DNA of 64,000 nt from an uncultured Clostridium sp. (GTDB lineage: Bacteria; Bacillota; Clostridia; TANB77; CAG-508), in assembly GCA_958422985.1 (NCBI GenBank), contig CATZPY010000003.1:21671-85670 (forward strand), read 5' to 3'. This document shows positions 1 to 10,195 of this stretch, piece by piece (within the stretch, counting starts at the first letter, position 1; each line of letters opens with the position of its first letter). The notes beneath the pieces were generated by a model that saw nothing but the letters and a program-made list of their open reading frames with translations, was not told where the DNA came from and made no database searches. The translations under genes and the position numbers were made by a program.

Positions 1-862
1 TGCTTCTGAAGATTTACCAATAGAGTCTAGAATAATAACAAATGCAGTAGAAAATGCTCAAAAAAGAGTTGAAGGTAGAAACTTTAGCATAAGAAAAAAT
101 GTATTAAAATATGATGATGTTATGAATGCACAAAGAGAACTTATTTACAGACAAAGAAGAGAAGTTCTTGATGGTAAAGACTTAAAAGATAATATAGAAA
201 AAATGTTTAATTCTATAGTAGATAATGTTGTATCAACACATTTTAGTGTTGCAGATAATGAAAAAGTAAATAAAGAAGCTTTAATGCAAGATATTACAGA
301 CGTATTTGGAATTACAGAATTAGAAAGTGTAAAGAAAGAAACTCCAGATGTAGTAGAAGTTTCTGAAGAATTAGCTAAAGTAGTTAGTGACAAATATGCA
401 GAAAAAGAAAAGGACTTTGGTGAAAAAGAAATAAGAGAACTTGAAAGAGTTGTTGTATTAAAAGTTGTTGACCAAAAATGGATGGATCATATAGACAATA
501 TGGAAGAATTAAAAAATGGTATAGGTCTTCGTGCTTATGGTCAAAAAGATCCTGTTGTTCAATATAGAATTGAAGGAACAGATATGTTCGACGAAATGAA
601 CGAAAACATTAGATTAGATGTAGTTAAGATACTTTCTCATGTTGAAAAAGTAGGAAATGTAGTTAGAACATCAAATGTTAAAGTAACAAATGAAGGCTTT
701 GATGAAAGTGCAATTAGTTTAGTAGAAGGAAAACTATCACAATCAGACAAAAACCATGTACAACAAACAATAGTAAATGATGGACCAAAAGTTGGAAGAA
801 ATGACCCATGTCCATGTGGAAGTGGAAAGAAGTATAAGAACTGTTGTGGAAGAAATCAGTAA
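1..862 (+). CDS. secA: Preprotein translocase ATPase SecA, C-terminal part (5' end outside window)
   Basis: The frame is open from base 2 ([49 protein letters not shown]...). The ORF ends with the SecA zinc-binding tail [14 protein letters not shown]. Confidence 0.9.
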   Translation, partial: ASEDLPIESRIITNAVENAQKRVEGRNFSIRKNVLKYDDVMNAQRELIYRQRREVLDGKDLKDNIEKMFNSIVDNVVSTHFSVADNEKVNKEALMQDITDVFGITELESVKKETPDVVEVSEELAKVVSDKYAEKEKDFGEKEIRELERVVVLKVVDQKWMDHIDNMEELKNGIGLRAYGQKDPVVQYRIEGTDMFDEMNENIRLDVVKILSHVEKVGNVVRTSNVKVTNEGFDESAISLVEGKLSQSDKNHVQQTIVNDGPKVGRNDPCPCGSGKKYKNCCGRNQ

Positions 863-876
863 TATCAAATGATTGA

Positions 877-908
877 ATAGAGTATATTAATAGGTATACT
901 CTATTTTT
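877..908 (+). terminator. Rho-independent terminator after secA
   Basis: The 10-bp stem ATAGAGTATA / TATACTCTAT has an 8-nt loop and is followed by a T-run. Confidence 0.6.
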
Positions 909-945
909 GTATGTGAAGTAAAGTGAACTGTATAGAATGAATGAG

Positions 946-992
946 TAAAATAAAACTCCCCACTTTTCATTTAAAATGAGAAGTGGGGAGTT
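946..992 (-). terminator. Rho-independent terminator after the minus-strand GT2 gene
   Basis: The perfect 12-bp stem AACTCCCCACTT / AAGTGGGGAGTT is followed on the minus strand by TTTTATTTT. Confidence 0.6.
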
Positions 993-998
993 GCCACG

Positions 999-1862
999 TC
1001 AAACCTGAAAGGCGTCAGCAAGTTCAATTTTAAGTTCTTCTGGTAAAGATTCGTATTTTCCACGAAGACGTTTAGTATAATCTTCGTAAAAGAATGCGAT
1101 GTCTAGAGAAGAAACATTATCAAGCTTTGAGAAATTTTCAACTGCATACTTATATGCATAAATGAAATCTAAAGCTTTTTGTCTTTCTGAATCCAGACTG
1201 CAAGTATTTGTCAAGCTATTAAAATTGTTATAGGTATAATTGTAACCAACATACCTAATTGTTACAACTTTTTTAGATGCAGCGATCAGAACAGGAATAA
1301 GAGCAACGTCTTCATAACATCTTAAGTCGATAGTAAATAAAACATTAGCAAAGACATTTCTTTTAAAAGCAAACAGCCAATAAAGTGCATACTTCTTTCC
1401 TGGAACAGACCACTGTTTTAAAACATCTAAACCAGTTTGAGAAACATTCAGATTTTCATCAAAATTATATCTTTGATGATCCTTATACTTTGCATCTCCA
1501 ATAAGATTCGCCTGATAACGGATAATATCAGGAAAATTGTGTTCTTCAACTGCTAAACTAAGTTCGTGAAGTAACTGAGGATTAATTGTATCGTCAGAAT
1601 CCACAAAAATTAGATAATCGCCAGTTGCAAGAGCAATTCCTCTCCTCCTTGAATATGAAACACCAGAATTTTCAAAATGATATGCATGGATATAGGAATA
1701 TACAGTAGCATAATCATCTAGAATTTGAGCTGTACCATCTGTAGATCCATCATCAATGAGGATAATCTCAAAGTTATGGTAGCTTTGTGCTAGAATACTA
1801 TCAATGCACTTCCGAACATAACTTTTGGAATTATAACAAGGAACAATTACTGAAAACATCAT
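999..1862 (-). CDS. Family 2 glycosyltransferase
   Basis: The N-terminus MMFSVIVPCYNSKSYVRKCIDSILAQSYHNFEIILIDDGSTDGT and FVDSDD are GT-A/GT2 signatures. AGGAGGTG lies 6 nt upstream of the ATG at 1862. The gene is on the opposite strand to its neighbours and looks somewhat richer in G+C. Confidence 0.8.
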   Translation of the reverse strand: MMFSVIVPCYNSKSYVRKCIDSILAQSYHNFEIILIDDGSTDGTAQILDDYATVYSYIHAYHFENSGVSYSRRRGIALATGDYLIFVDSDDTINPQLLHELSLAVEEHNFPDIIRYQANLIGDAKYKDHQRYNFDENLNVSQTGLDVLKQWSVPGKKYALYWLFAFKRNVFANVLFTIDLRCYEDVALIPVLIAASKKVVTIRYVGYNYTYNNFNSLTNTCSLDSERQKALDFIYAYKYAVENFSKLDNVSSLDIAFFYEDYTKRLRGKYESLPEELKIELADAFQV

Positions 1863-2026
1863 ACGATGCACCTCCTAACGTGAAACTCTAACTAAGAGTT
1901 TGAACAATGTTCAAATTGTTATAGACCAAAATTATAACTTAAAGAGAGAAATGATTCAAGGGCATTATTGAAAAAAATTTTTTTTTATGATATAAATAGT
2001 AAAAAATGAAAGTGGAGATATATAAT

Positions 2027-4405
2027 ATGAAATATACAGAAATAATTCAAAAAATGTCATTGGAAGAAAAAGCCGAAATATGTGTAGGAGCAGACTACTG
2101 GTCTAGTAAATCTTTTGAAAAGTATGGTATTCCCAAAATAAGAATGTCAGATGGACCTCATGGTCTAAGAGTTCAAAAAACAAAGGCAGACAATTTAGGA
2201 ATCAATGAAAGTGAAGTATCCACTTGTTTTCCTGCAAGTTCTACTTTAGGAAATAGTTGGAATAAAGAAATGGCGTATCAATTAGGAAAAGCATTAGGAG
2301 AAGAAGCAAGACAAGAAGAAGTGAATATTGTACTAGGTCCAGCAATTAATATAAAAAGAAGTCCTTTATGTGGTCGAAATTTTGAATATTTTTCAGAAGA
2401 TCCTTATTTAACAGGAATTTTAGGGGCAGAATATGTAAAAGGATTACAAGATCAAAATGTAGGAGCTTGTGTAAAACATTTTGCAGTAAATAACCAAGAA
2501 AACAGAAGAAGAACTATTGATGTAATTGTTGATGAAAGAGCATTACGAGAGATTTACCTAAAAGCTTTTGAAATGATTATAAAAGACGCAAAACCATGGT
2601 CTATTATGAGTGCATACAATAAAGTAAATGGTCAATATTGTAGTGAAAATACTCATCTGCTAGAAGATATTTTAAGAAAAGATTGGGAGTACCAAGGAAT
2701 TGTAATTTCCGATTGGGGAGCAGAAAATGATAGAGTAAAAGGAATTGAAAATGGTCATGAATTGGAAATGCCAGGTGGAAGAGGAAATGGAAAAGAAGAA
2801 ATTATAGAAGCTGTTAAAACAGGAAAAATACCTGAAAGTAAATTAGATAGTATTGTAGACAGAATTATATCCATTGCAAAGCAAGGAGAACATATACAAG
2901 AGAGTATAAAATATGATGTAGAAGAGCATCATAAAATTGCACAAAAAATAGCAGAGGAATCAATTGTATTATTAAAAAATGAAGATAATATATTACCAAT
3001 TAGAAATAAAAAAATAGCATTAATAGGGGATATGGCAAAATACCCAAGATATCAAGGTGCTGGAAGTTCAACAATTAATCCATATAAAATAGAAAATGCA
3101 TATAATAGTTTTAAAGAAAATAACATTGTATTTGATTATGCAAAAGGATATGAAAGAATAGAATCAGAAAATGACGAGATCCTTAGAAAAGAAGCAATAG
3201 AAATAGCAAAGAAAAATGAAACTATAGTGATATTTGTAGGGTTAACAGAAAATTTTGAGTCTGAAGGAGTAGACAGAGATAGTTTAAATATACCAGACAA
3301 TCAAAATAAATTAATAGAAGAAATTTATAAAGTAAATAAAAATATTGTTATTGTTTTATCTAATGGAGCACCAATTACTATGCCTTGGAAAGATAAAGTA
3401 AAAGCAATTATAACTGGTTACCTTGGAGGAGAAGCAGGAGCAAAAGCAATGGTAAATTGCCTAATAGGTAAAGTAAATCCTAGTGGAAAGTTAGCAGAAA
3501 CATATCCAATTGAATTAAAATCTACTCCATGTTATAAAAACTATCCAGGAACAGAATTAACAGTAGAATACCAAGAATCTATATATGTGGGATACAGATA
3601 TTATGACACAAATAATATAGAAGTATTGTTTCCTTTTGGATATGGTTTAAGTTATACAGATTTTGAATACTCTAATTTACAAGTAAATAACAAAGAAGAT
3701 AAAATAAGAGTTTCATTTACGATAAAAAATATAGGAAGGCAAAAAGGTAAAGAAATTGCACAAATATATTTATCACAAGAAAATTCTAAAATATTTAAAC
3801 CCAAAAAAGAATTAATAGAGTTTACAAAGGTAGAATTGGAAGTAGGAGAAGAAAAACAAGTAGAAATTATATTAAACAAGGATACTTTTGAATACTTTAA
3901 TCCTGAAACAAATAAATGGAGTCTAGAACAAGGAAAATATAAAATATTAGTTGGAAAATCTAGTAAGGATATTGTATTAGAAAAAGAAATTTTTATAGAA
4001 TCTAAAGATAAAAATGTAGAGAAAAACTATTCCAAAAATTATTATACTGGTAATGTTCAAAAAATTAAAGATGAAGAATTTGAAGAATTGCTAGGAAGAA
4101 GTATTCCAAAAAGACATTTAGAGCTAGAAGAAATAACAGCTGAAAATACATTAGAGCAAATAAAAGAAACGAAGATAGGAAAGTTTATTTACGAAAACCA
4201 AATGGAAAAAATGAATAAATTATTGAAAGAACAAAATGTAAATAAAGCGACAAAAGTAATGATGGATTTGCAAAAACCATTAAAGAAATTCTATGAAAAG
4301 AAAAGTAGTAAAATAACTAAAGAAATGGTAGAAGATTTAATAAGAATAGCAAAAAGCAATGAGAACTTTGAAGATAATGCTTTTGTAAAAGAATATTTAA
4401 AATAA
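2027..4405 (+). CDS. Glycoside hydrolase family 3 beta-glucosidase
   Basis: GH3 features are present: MSDGPHGLR, GPAINIKRSPLCGRNFEYFSEDP, KHFAVNNQE and the nucleophile context VISDWGA. There is also a C-terminal FnIII-like part. The start is placed at the ATG after the GGAG site. Confidence 0.85.
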   Translation: MKYTEIIQKMSLEEKAEICVGADYWSSKSFEKYGIPKIRMSDGPHGLRVQKTKADNLGINESEVSTCFPASSTLGNSWNKEMAYQLGKALGEEARQEEVNIVLGPAINIKRSPLCGRNFEYFSEDPYLTGILGAEYVKGLQDQNVGACVKHFAVNNQENRRRTIDVIVDERALREIYLKAFEMIIKDAKPWSIMSAYNKVNGQYCSENTHLLEDILRKDWEYQGIVISDWGAENDRVKGIENGHELEMPGGRGNGKEEIIEAVKTGKIPESKLDSIVDRIISIAKQGEHIQESIKYDVEEHHKIAQKIAEESIVLLKNEDNILPIRNKKIALIGDMAKYPRYQGAGSSTINPYKIENAYNSFKENNIVFDYAKGYERIESENDEILRKEAIEIAKKNETIVIFVGLTENFESEGVDRDSLNIPDNQNKLIEEIYKVNKNIVIVLSNGAPITMPWKDKVKAIITGYLGGEAGAKAMVNCLIGKVNPSGKLAETYPIELKSTPCYKNYPGTELTVEYQESIYVGYRYYDTNNIEVLFPFGYGLSYTDFEYSNLQVNNKEDKIRVSFTIKNIGRQKGKEIAQIYLSQENSKIFKPKKELIEFTKVELEVGEEKQVEIILNKDTFEYFNPETNKWSLEQGKYKILVGKSSKDIVLEKEIFIESKDKNVEKNYSKNYYTGNVQKIKDEEFEELLGRSIPKRHLELEEITAENTLEQIKETKIGKFIYENQMEKMNKLLKEQNVNKATKVMMDLQKPLKKFYEKKSSKITKEMVEDLIRIAKSNENFEDNAFVKEYLK

Positions 4406-4412
4406 GGAGAAA

Positions 4413-5222
4413 TTGATGATAAAGGCAGTATTTATAGACATAGATGAAACATTAACAAATTCACAAAGAGAAGTAACAAAAGAAACACAAGATGCAATAA
4501 AAAGATGTGTAGAAAAAGGAATAAAAATAATTTTAACATCTGGAAGATCTAGAAAAGAAGCAATGGCTTTTCAAGAAACAATAGGTACAAGTCCATATAT
4601 TATTTCGTCTAATGGAGCTTCTTGCTATGATGTAGCTGAAGAAAAAGAAATATATAATGAAGCTATAAAAAAATCAGTAGTAAAGGATTTATTAGAATAT
4701 GTAAAAGAGCATAAATACAAACTGAAGTTAAATTATAAAGATAAATTAGTACTAAATGCAGCTGCTTTTCCAGATGAGGAGGATAAAGTAAAAACAATAG
4801 AAGAATTGGAAAAGATAATAGAAGATGAAGATATTGTTCAATGTGTAATAACCAATTCAGATATCGAAAAAATGAAAAGATTTAAAGTGTTTTTAAAAGA
4901 AAATTTTCATGATGTAAAAATAGTAAATGAATCAAAAAAATTAAAAAATCCAGAATTAAAGCCAAGTAAAAATTATTATTGTGATATTGCATCTGCAAAT
5001 ATTTCAAAAGGTAGAGCTGTACTTGCAGTATGTAAATATTTAAATTTAGAAACAGAGGAAATTATAACAATAGGAGACGGAGAAAATGATATTTCTATGT
5101 TTGAGGTAACTCCAAATTCGGTTGCAATGGGAAATTCGTTGGATACTATCAAAAAACAAGCTAAATATTTAACAGCAACGAATGATGAAAATGGCGTAGC
5201 GGAAGTTCTAAAAATGCTATAA
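4413..5222 (+). CDS. Cof-type HAD-IIB family phosphatase
   Basis: The DxD motif FIDIDETL, then TSGR, and the C-terminal GDGENDISM are typical of Cof/YidA-like HAD hydrolases. Confidence 0.75.
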   Translation: MMIKAVFIDIDETLTNSQREVTKETQDAIKRCVEKGIKIILTSGRSRKEAMAFQETIGTSPYIISSNGASCYDVAEEKEIYNEAIKKSVVKDLLEYVKEHKYKLKLNYKDKLVLNAAAFPDEEDKVKTIEELEKIIEDEDIVQCVITNSDIEKMKRFKVFLKENFHDVKIVNESKKLKNPELKPSKNYYCDIASANISKGRAVLAVCKYLNLETEEIITIGDGENDISMFEVTPNSVAMGNSLDTIKKQAKYLTATNDENGVAEVLKML

Positions 5223-5294
5223 GTAAGCGGACTTTGCTGTATATAAATTGTTCTTAAATGTCATAGTCAAATAAACTTAACATTATAGTATATA

Positions 5295-5335
5295 AAAAAG
5301 GAAGAAAAATGCATAAAACATTAATCTTCCTTTTT
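5295..5335. terminator. Bidirectional hairpin terminator between convergent HAD and ROK genes
   Basis: AAAAAGGAAGA ... TCTTCCTTTTT is an 11-bp stem with an A-run and a T-run on its flanks. Confidence 0.6.
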
Positions 5336-5382
5336 GTGTAAATATTTTTGCTATCTAGATGTTTGGTTAAATGATAGTATGT

Positions 5383-6207
5383 TTACTTTATAAGTAAATG
5401 TTTCATTGCACCAAAGCAACCAGAATATGAAGAAAAATCTGTCTGAACAATCTGTAGGTTACTGAGAAAATCTGAGTAAGTGTGTTGGTAGATAAAATTA
5501 GTTAAAGTGTCAATATAATTTGGAAAATTAAATCCACCACCAGCTAGATAGACTACATCAGGATTAAAAGTGTGAATAAGAGACACGATTTCAATTCCAA
5601 GATAAGTTGCAGCTTGCTCAATAATTTTCTGCTTTAGTTCCTGCTCAGGTATTTGAATGATTTTTTTCAAAACCTTTGAACCAGAACAGATTTTCCCGTT
5701 TTTGATAATTTCTCCATTAGGACCTACTGTAGGATTTCCATAGATCTGTCCAGCAAATCCATTTGCACCTGTAAATAACCGACCATTGATAACTATTCCA
5801 CAGCCAATGCCTGTTCCATTTGTAATACCAAGCAATACTTTTGCATCTGGATATTCTAATAGTCCAGAAAGAGCTGTAGCATTAGCGTCATTAATGAGTT
5901 TAATATTTTTACAGTTCAAATGTGCAAAATCATTAACGGACAAATTTTCAAGACAGCGTAGTGAAGTATCACAAACTTGCAATCCATCAGAAGTACATCC
6001 AGAAAAGGCAATTCCTAGCCCTGCAAAATTGTAACCAAAGGACATATAGAATTTACTAATTTCTTGAATTAACTCTTCTTTAGTAAAGTCGTCTCCAGAA
6101 GGAATAGTTTTTTGCAACAATTCATCTTCAATTACTGCTGTCATTTTTATGTTGGTACAGCCAACATCGATACCACACAGATTCTTCAGTTGCCGAAATC
6201 CTTTCAT
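5383..6207 (-). CDS. ROK family protein (sugar kinase-like)
   Basis: The N-terminal CGIDVGCTNIKM, GITNGTGIGCG and GFAGQIYG are actin-fold ATPase/ROK motifs. The ROK zinc motif CxCGxxGC is not evident. The gene is on the opposite strand to its neighbours. Confidence 0.7.
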   Translation of the reverse strand: MKGFRQLKNLCGIDVGCTNIKMTAVIEDELLQKTIPSGDDFTKEELIQEISKFYMSFGYNFAGLGIAFSGCTSDGLQVCDTSLRCLENLSVNDFAHLNCKNIKLINDANATALSGLLEYPDAKVLLGITNGTGIGCGIVINGRLFTGANGFAGQIYGNPTVGPNGEIIKNGKICSGSKVLKKIIQIPEQELKQKIIEQAATYLGIEIVSLIHTFNPDVVYLAGGGFNFPNYIDTLTNFIYQHTYSDFLSNLQIVQTDFSSYSGCFGAMKHLLIK

Positions 6208-6297
6208 ATATATAACCTCCTTTAATAAGCTTGGACTTAATTATAACACAAATAATGCAAAATCGCAATTATAGATAGAGAACGAGAGGTGAGAGTA

Positions 6298-6639
6298 ATG
6301 ACTAAATCAAAAGAATATATTGGTAAATTAGTTGGAGTAGAAATGGATAGACCAATGGGGGCAAGACATCCAAAACATGGATTTATATATCCGGTTAATT
6401 ATGGATATATTCCAAACACTGTTAGTGGAGATGAAGAAGAACTTGATTGCTATGTATTAGGTGTATTCGAACCACTTGAGAAATTTACAGGAAAATGTAT
6501 AGCAGTAATACATAGAACTAATGACAATGACGATAAACTTGTTATAGTTCCAGAGGAAAAAGATTATTCAGATGATGCAATTAGAGCTTTAACGGAATTC
6601 CAAGAAAGGTTTTTTGAAAGTATTATTATTAGGAAATAG
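6298..6639 (+). CDS. Short inorganic-pyrophosphatase-like protein
   Basis: YPVNYGYIPNTVSGDEEELDCYVLGV and NDNDDKLVIVP resemble the family I PPase core motifs (YPxNYGFIP...DPLDVLV, DxxDxKxxxV). The protein is only about 113 aa. The RBS is GAGAGGTGAG. Confidence 0.55.
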   Translation: MTKSKEYIGKLVGVEMDRPMGARHPKHGFIYPVNYGYIPNTVSGDEEELDCYVLGVFEPLEKFTGKCIAVIHRTNDNDDKLVIVPEEKDYSDDAIRALTEFQERFFESIIIRK

Positions 6640-6695
6640 TAGATAGAACGTCATTCTATTAAGGAATTACATTTTATAAAGAAGGGAGAGATAAA

Positions 6696-7214
6696 ATGGC
6701 AGGTTATGTTATTCATTTAGCAGTAGGCGAAGAATATATAAGAAAATATCCTAATGAGATCAATAACTATGAGGATTTTATAGAAGGCGTGATTTACCCA
6801 GATTCTGTTACAGATAAATCATTAACTCATTATGGACCTACAAGCAGTCAAGTAAACCTAAAAAGATTTTTTGCAGATAAAGATATAAATACAGATTTTA
6901 ACAAAGGATATTGTATACATTTAATTACAGATTATTTATTTTACAATAAATTTTTAACGGTATTTTCTAGTAATTACATATATAATGATTATGATATTCT
7001 AAATAAGGAGCTTGAAAGTAAATTTAAAGTTAAAATTCCATTAAAGGTTAGAAACAAAGTGTTTTATTCTACAGGAGAGACAAAAATACTAAATCTTAAT
7101 GATACAATAAAATTTATAGAAGAAACTAGCTCTAATAATATAAATGATATAAAAAAAGCAGTACTTAATGAAAATAAAAATTGGTTAGAAATAAGACCAC
7201 TAAAAAGAATATAA
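6696..7214 (+). CDS. Hypothetical protein, possible zinc-dependent phospholipase C-like metal hydrolase; paralog of 31574..32206
   Basis: It shares the motif order H(7)...YPD...THY...GYxxHLIxD with the ORF at 31574..32206. The family assignment is from memory only. Confidence 0.35.
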   Translation: MAGYVIHLAVGEEYIRKYPNEINNYEDFIEGVIYPDSVTDKSLTHYGPTSSQVNLKRFFADKDINTDFNKGYCIHLITDYLFYNKFLTVFSSNYIYNDYDILNKELESKFKVKIPLKVRNKVFYSTGETKILNLNDTIKFIEETSSNNINDIKKAVLNENKNWLEIRPLKRI

Positions 7215-7272
7215 AAATTAGAAAATGATTAAGCTTGTATATTGTCATTTCATCAAATTTCTAAAAAAGATA

Positions 7273-7324
7273 AAGAACTTAAATAGTTAGATAAAAAAGT
7301 TTAACTATTTTAGTTCTTTTTTTT
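7273..7324 (+). terminator. Rho-independent terminator
   Basis: AAGAACTTAAATAGTTA / TAACTATTTTAGTTCTT forms a 17-bp stem with one mismatch, followed by T8. Confidence 0.6.
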
Positions 7325-7516
7325 ATAGTAGTAAATTTTTCCTGGTAGGAGAAAAATTATAAAAATAATAATTAAAAAATATAAATTTTGTGTCACCTTT
7401 ATATAAGTAATACAGTCTATAAAGTAGTAGAAAAACAAAAGAGAAATTATCAATTATATTTAACAGCATAAAAACAATATAGCTCTACACAATTTTATAC
7501 AAGAGAGGAATTAACA

Positions 7517-8893
7517 ATGATATTTAGTAGCTTAGAATTTATATTTATTTTTCTACCAATATTTCTAATTATATATTTTGTATCCTCAAAAAAATACAGA
7601 AATTATATTTTATTAATAGGTAGTATTATATTTTATATAGTAGGATCGTGGGGACACCCACACTATATTCTGCTATTAGCATTAACTATTCTTATAAATT
7701 ATATTATAGGAAAAAATTTATATAAAAGCAAAAATAGAAAATTATTAGTAATAGGAATTATATATAATTTATTCTGGTTAATATTGTTTAAATATTCAGA
7801 TTTTATAATTTCAATAATTTGTAATATAAGAAATGTAGATATCGAACCTTTAAACTTACTATTACCGATAGGAATAAGTTTTTATACATTTCAATCAATA
7901 TCATATATAGTAGATATATATAACGAAAAATGTAAGCCTGCAAATTCTATTATAAGATATGCTATGTATGTGCTTATGTTTCCACAGTTAATATCTGGAC
8001 CAATAGTAACATATAAAGATATAAATAAAGAACTTAATAATAGAAAAGAAAGTTTAACCAATATCAAAGTAGGTGCTAAATATTTTATTTTAGGATTAGG
8101 CTTTAAAGTTTTATTAGCAAACAGGATAGGATGCCTTTGGAATGATATAAATATGATTGGAGTAGAGAGTATTTCAACAGGACTTGCATGGCTTTCTGTT
8201 ATAGCATATTCGTTACAAATATATTTTGATTTTTGTGGATATTCTTTTATGGCAGTAGGACTTGGAAAAATTATGGGATTTACACTTCCAATAAATTTTG
8301 AAACACCATATTTATCAACGAGTATGACAGAATTTTTTAGAAGATGGCATATAAGTTTAGGAAACTGGTTTAAAAATTATGTATATATACCATTAGGTGG
8401 AAATAGAAACGGAAAGCTAAAAACAATATTTAATTTATTAGTCGTATGGATTCTTACAGGTTTGTGGCATGGTGCAAATTATAATTTTATATTATGGGGA
8501 CTTTTTATATGGCTAGTAATTGTTTTAGAAAAACTATGCATGAAAAAGTATTTAGATAAATATAAAATATTTGGACATTTGTATATGCTAATTTTAATAC
8601 CAATAACTTGGTCAATATTTGCTATAACAGATATAAATCAACTAGGAATATTATTAACTAAGTTATTTAGCTATAGTGAAGGGCTTTATAAATTAGATTT
8701 TATCAAATATCTAAATATTTATGGAATACTAATTTTAATAGGAATAGTATGTACTACAAAAATACCAAAGAAACTATTTATAACAAAGAAAAACACATGG
8801 TTTCAAACAATAATTTTATTATTAATTTTTAGTATGTCCATTTATTATTTATACATAGGACTAAATAATCCATTTTTATATTTTAGTTTTTAA
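7517..8893 (+). CDS. MBOAT family O-acyltransferase (PatA/AlgI/DltB-like)
   Basis: It is a polytopic membrane protein with the MBOAT histidine context FFRRWHISLGNWFKNYVYIPLGGNR and LTGLWHGANYNF. Confidence 0.85.
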   Translation: MIFSSLEFIFIFLPIFLIIYFVSSKKYRNYILLIGSIIFYIVGSWGHPHYILLLALTILINYIIGKNLYKSKNRKLLVIGIIYNLFWLILFKYSDFIISIICNIRNVDIEPLNLLLPIGISFYTFQSISYIVDIYNEKCKPANSIIRYAMYVLMFPQLISGPIVTYKDINKELNNRKESLTNIKVGAKYFILGLGFKVLLANRIGCLWNDINMIGVESISTGLAWLSVIAYSLQIYFDFCGYSFMAVGLGKIMGFTLPINFETPYLSTSMTEFFRRWHISLGNWFKNYVYIPLGGNRNGKLKTIFNLLVVWILTGLWHGANYNFILWGLFIWLVIVLEKLCMKKYLDKYKIFGHLYMLILIPITWSIFAITDINQLGILLTKLFSYSEGLYKLDFIKYLNIYGILILIGIVCTTKIPKKLFITKKNTWFQTIILLLIFSMSIYYLYIGLNNPFLYFSF

Positions 8894-8910
8894 GAGAAAG
8901 GAAGAAAGAT

Positions 8911-9708
8911 ATGAAGAAAATAAAAGTATTTATCATTTTAATTATTATGTTAGTAGGTGGGATTTTTATAATAAAAAGTGCAAAAAATGACTCAGTAGCA
9001 CTTTCACAGAACACTATTATAAATGAAATAGAAGTAGAAGGAAATAATGCAGAAAAACTAGAAAACGTAAATACAGTAGAAAATATTAAAAATAACGAAG
9101 TACAAAGTAATATAGAAAATAATAAAAAACAAGTAGTAGAAAGAAATTATTTTGATGATGCGCTATTTATAGGTGACTCTAGAACTGTTGGAATATCTGA
9201 ATATGGTGATTTAAACAATGCAACATTTTTTGCAAATACAGGAATGAGTGTATATAATGTATTCGAAAAATCTGTTTCTGTACCAAAAGTTGGTAAATTA
9301 AAATTAGAACAATTGTTAAAGTCAAAAAAGTTTGGAAAAATATATATAATGCTAGGAATAAACGAACTAGGATATGACATGAACAGAACAGCAGAAAATT
9401 ATGAAAAATTAATAGATTATGTAAAAAATAATCAAAGTAATGCTATAATATATGTGCAAGCAAATTTACATGTTACACATGACAAATCTAGCAAAGATAA
9501 AATTATCAATAATACAAATATAGATAAATTTAATAGCAAAATAGCAAAGTTTGCAGATAATAAAAAAATATTTTATATAGATATAAACGAGAAATTTGAT
9601 GATAAAAATGGTAATTTAACTGCAGAGTATACTAAAGACAATGTTCATATTTATGCAAAATATTATAAAGAATGGAGTAAGTGGTTAAGTCAAAATGCAG
9701 TAATATAA
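8911..9708 (+). CDS. Membrane-anchored SGNH/GDSL hydrolase-fold protein (PatB/AlgJ-like O-acetyltransferase partner)
   Basis: It has an N-terminal TM helix, the block I motif FIGDSRTVG, GINELG, and the C-terminal DNVHIY (DxxH). It lies 18 nt downstream of the MBOAT gene. Confidence 0.7.
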   Translation: MKKIKVFIILIIMLVGGIFIIKSAKNDSVALSQNTIINEIEVEGNNAEKLENVNTVENIKNNEVQSNIENNKKQVVERNYFDDALFIGDSRTVGISEYGDLNNATFFANTGMSVYNVFEKSVSVPKVGKLKLEQLLKSKKFGKIYIMLGINELGYDMNRTAENYEKLIDYVKNNQSNAIIYVQANLHVTHDKSSKDKIINNTNIDKFNSKIAKFADNKKIFYIDINEKFDDKNGNLTAEYTKDNVHIYAKYYKEWSKWLSQNAVI

Positions 9709-9718
9709 GGAGGTTAAT

Positions 9719-10195
9719 ATGTTATTAATAGACCAGAAAGAATGGTTTTGCAAGAATATTAAGAGTTTAGAAAATGGTATGTATAGACTTTCATATAGCA
9801 TATTAAAAAATGAAGCAGATGCACAAGATGCAGTTCAAGAAGCTATTTATAAATCTTACAAAAACTTAGACACTTTGAAAGATAAAAGAAAATTTAAACC
9901 ATGGATTTATAAAATAGTGACTAATACTTCATTCGAAATATTAAAAAATACTAAAAATTATTTAGATATAGAAGAAGAAAATATACAGGCTGAAAAAATA
10001 GATATAGAAACAAACTTAACTTTATGGGAGACTGTACAAAATTTAAGCCAACCTTATAGAACTGTAATAACATTATTTTATTATGAAGATATGTCTATAA
10101 AGGAAATAAGTAAAATAACTGGAAATAGTACAGATACAATAAAAAAGCAATTATCTAGAGGAAGGGAAAAAATTAAGGAGGTAATAAAGATATGA
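9719..10195 (+). CDS. sigV: ECF-type RNA polymerase sigma factor, SigV-like
   Basis: At 158 aa it has a sigma-70 region 2 (DAQDAVQEAIYKSYKNL, KPWIYKIVTN) and region 4 (YRTVITLFYYEDMSIKEISKITGNSTDTIKKQLSRGREKI). It is translationally coupled (ATGA overlap) to an RsiV-like gene. Confidence 0.75.
   Translation: MLLIDQKEWFCKNIKSLENGMYRLSYSILKNEADAQDAVQEAIYKSYKNLDTLKDKRKFKPWIYKIVTNTSFEILKNTKNYLDIEEENIQAEKIDIETNLTLWETVQNLSQPYRTVITLFYYEDMSIKEISKITGNSTDTIKKQLSRGREKIKEVIKI

Noticed and set aside
145-393. Antisense or overlapping short ORFs from the six-frame track that lie inside confidently identified genes. Examples: 145-393, 3652-3879, 5786-6034, 9147-9380, 12458-12688, 13056-13298, 13629-13976, 14995-15180, 15340-15702, 17600-18249, 18323-18535, 19282-19527, 22466-22726, 24320-24604, 27078-27296, 28535-28840, 30977-31363, 32406-32711, 38194-38526, 39398-39910, 40373-40672, 41325-41627, 49922-50107, 55294-55596, 56531-56854, 57557-57805, 59254-59473, 61310-61717, 62224-62520, 63321-63569 and 63738-63980.
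   Set aside because: Each lies fully within, and antisense or out of frame to, an ORF with clear family motifs. Their translations are low-complexity Leu/Ile/Phe/Ser-rich, as expected from the reverse strand of AT-rich coding sequence, and they have no RBS support.
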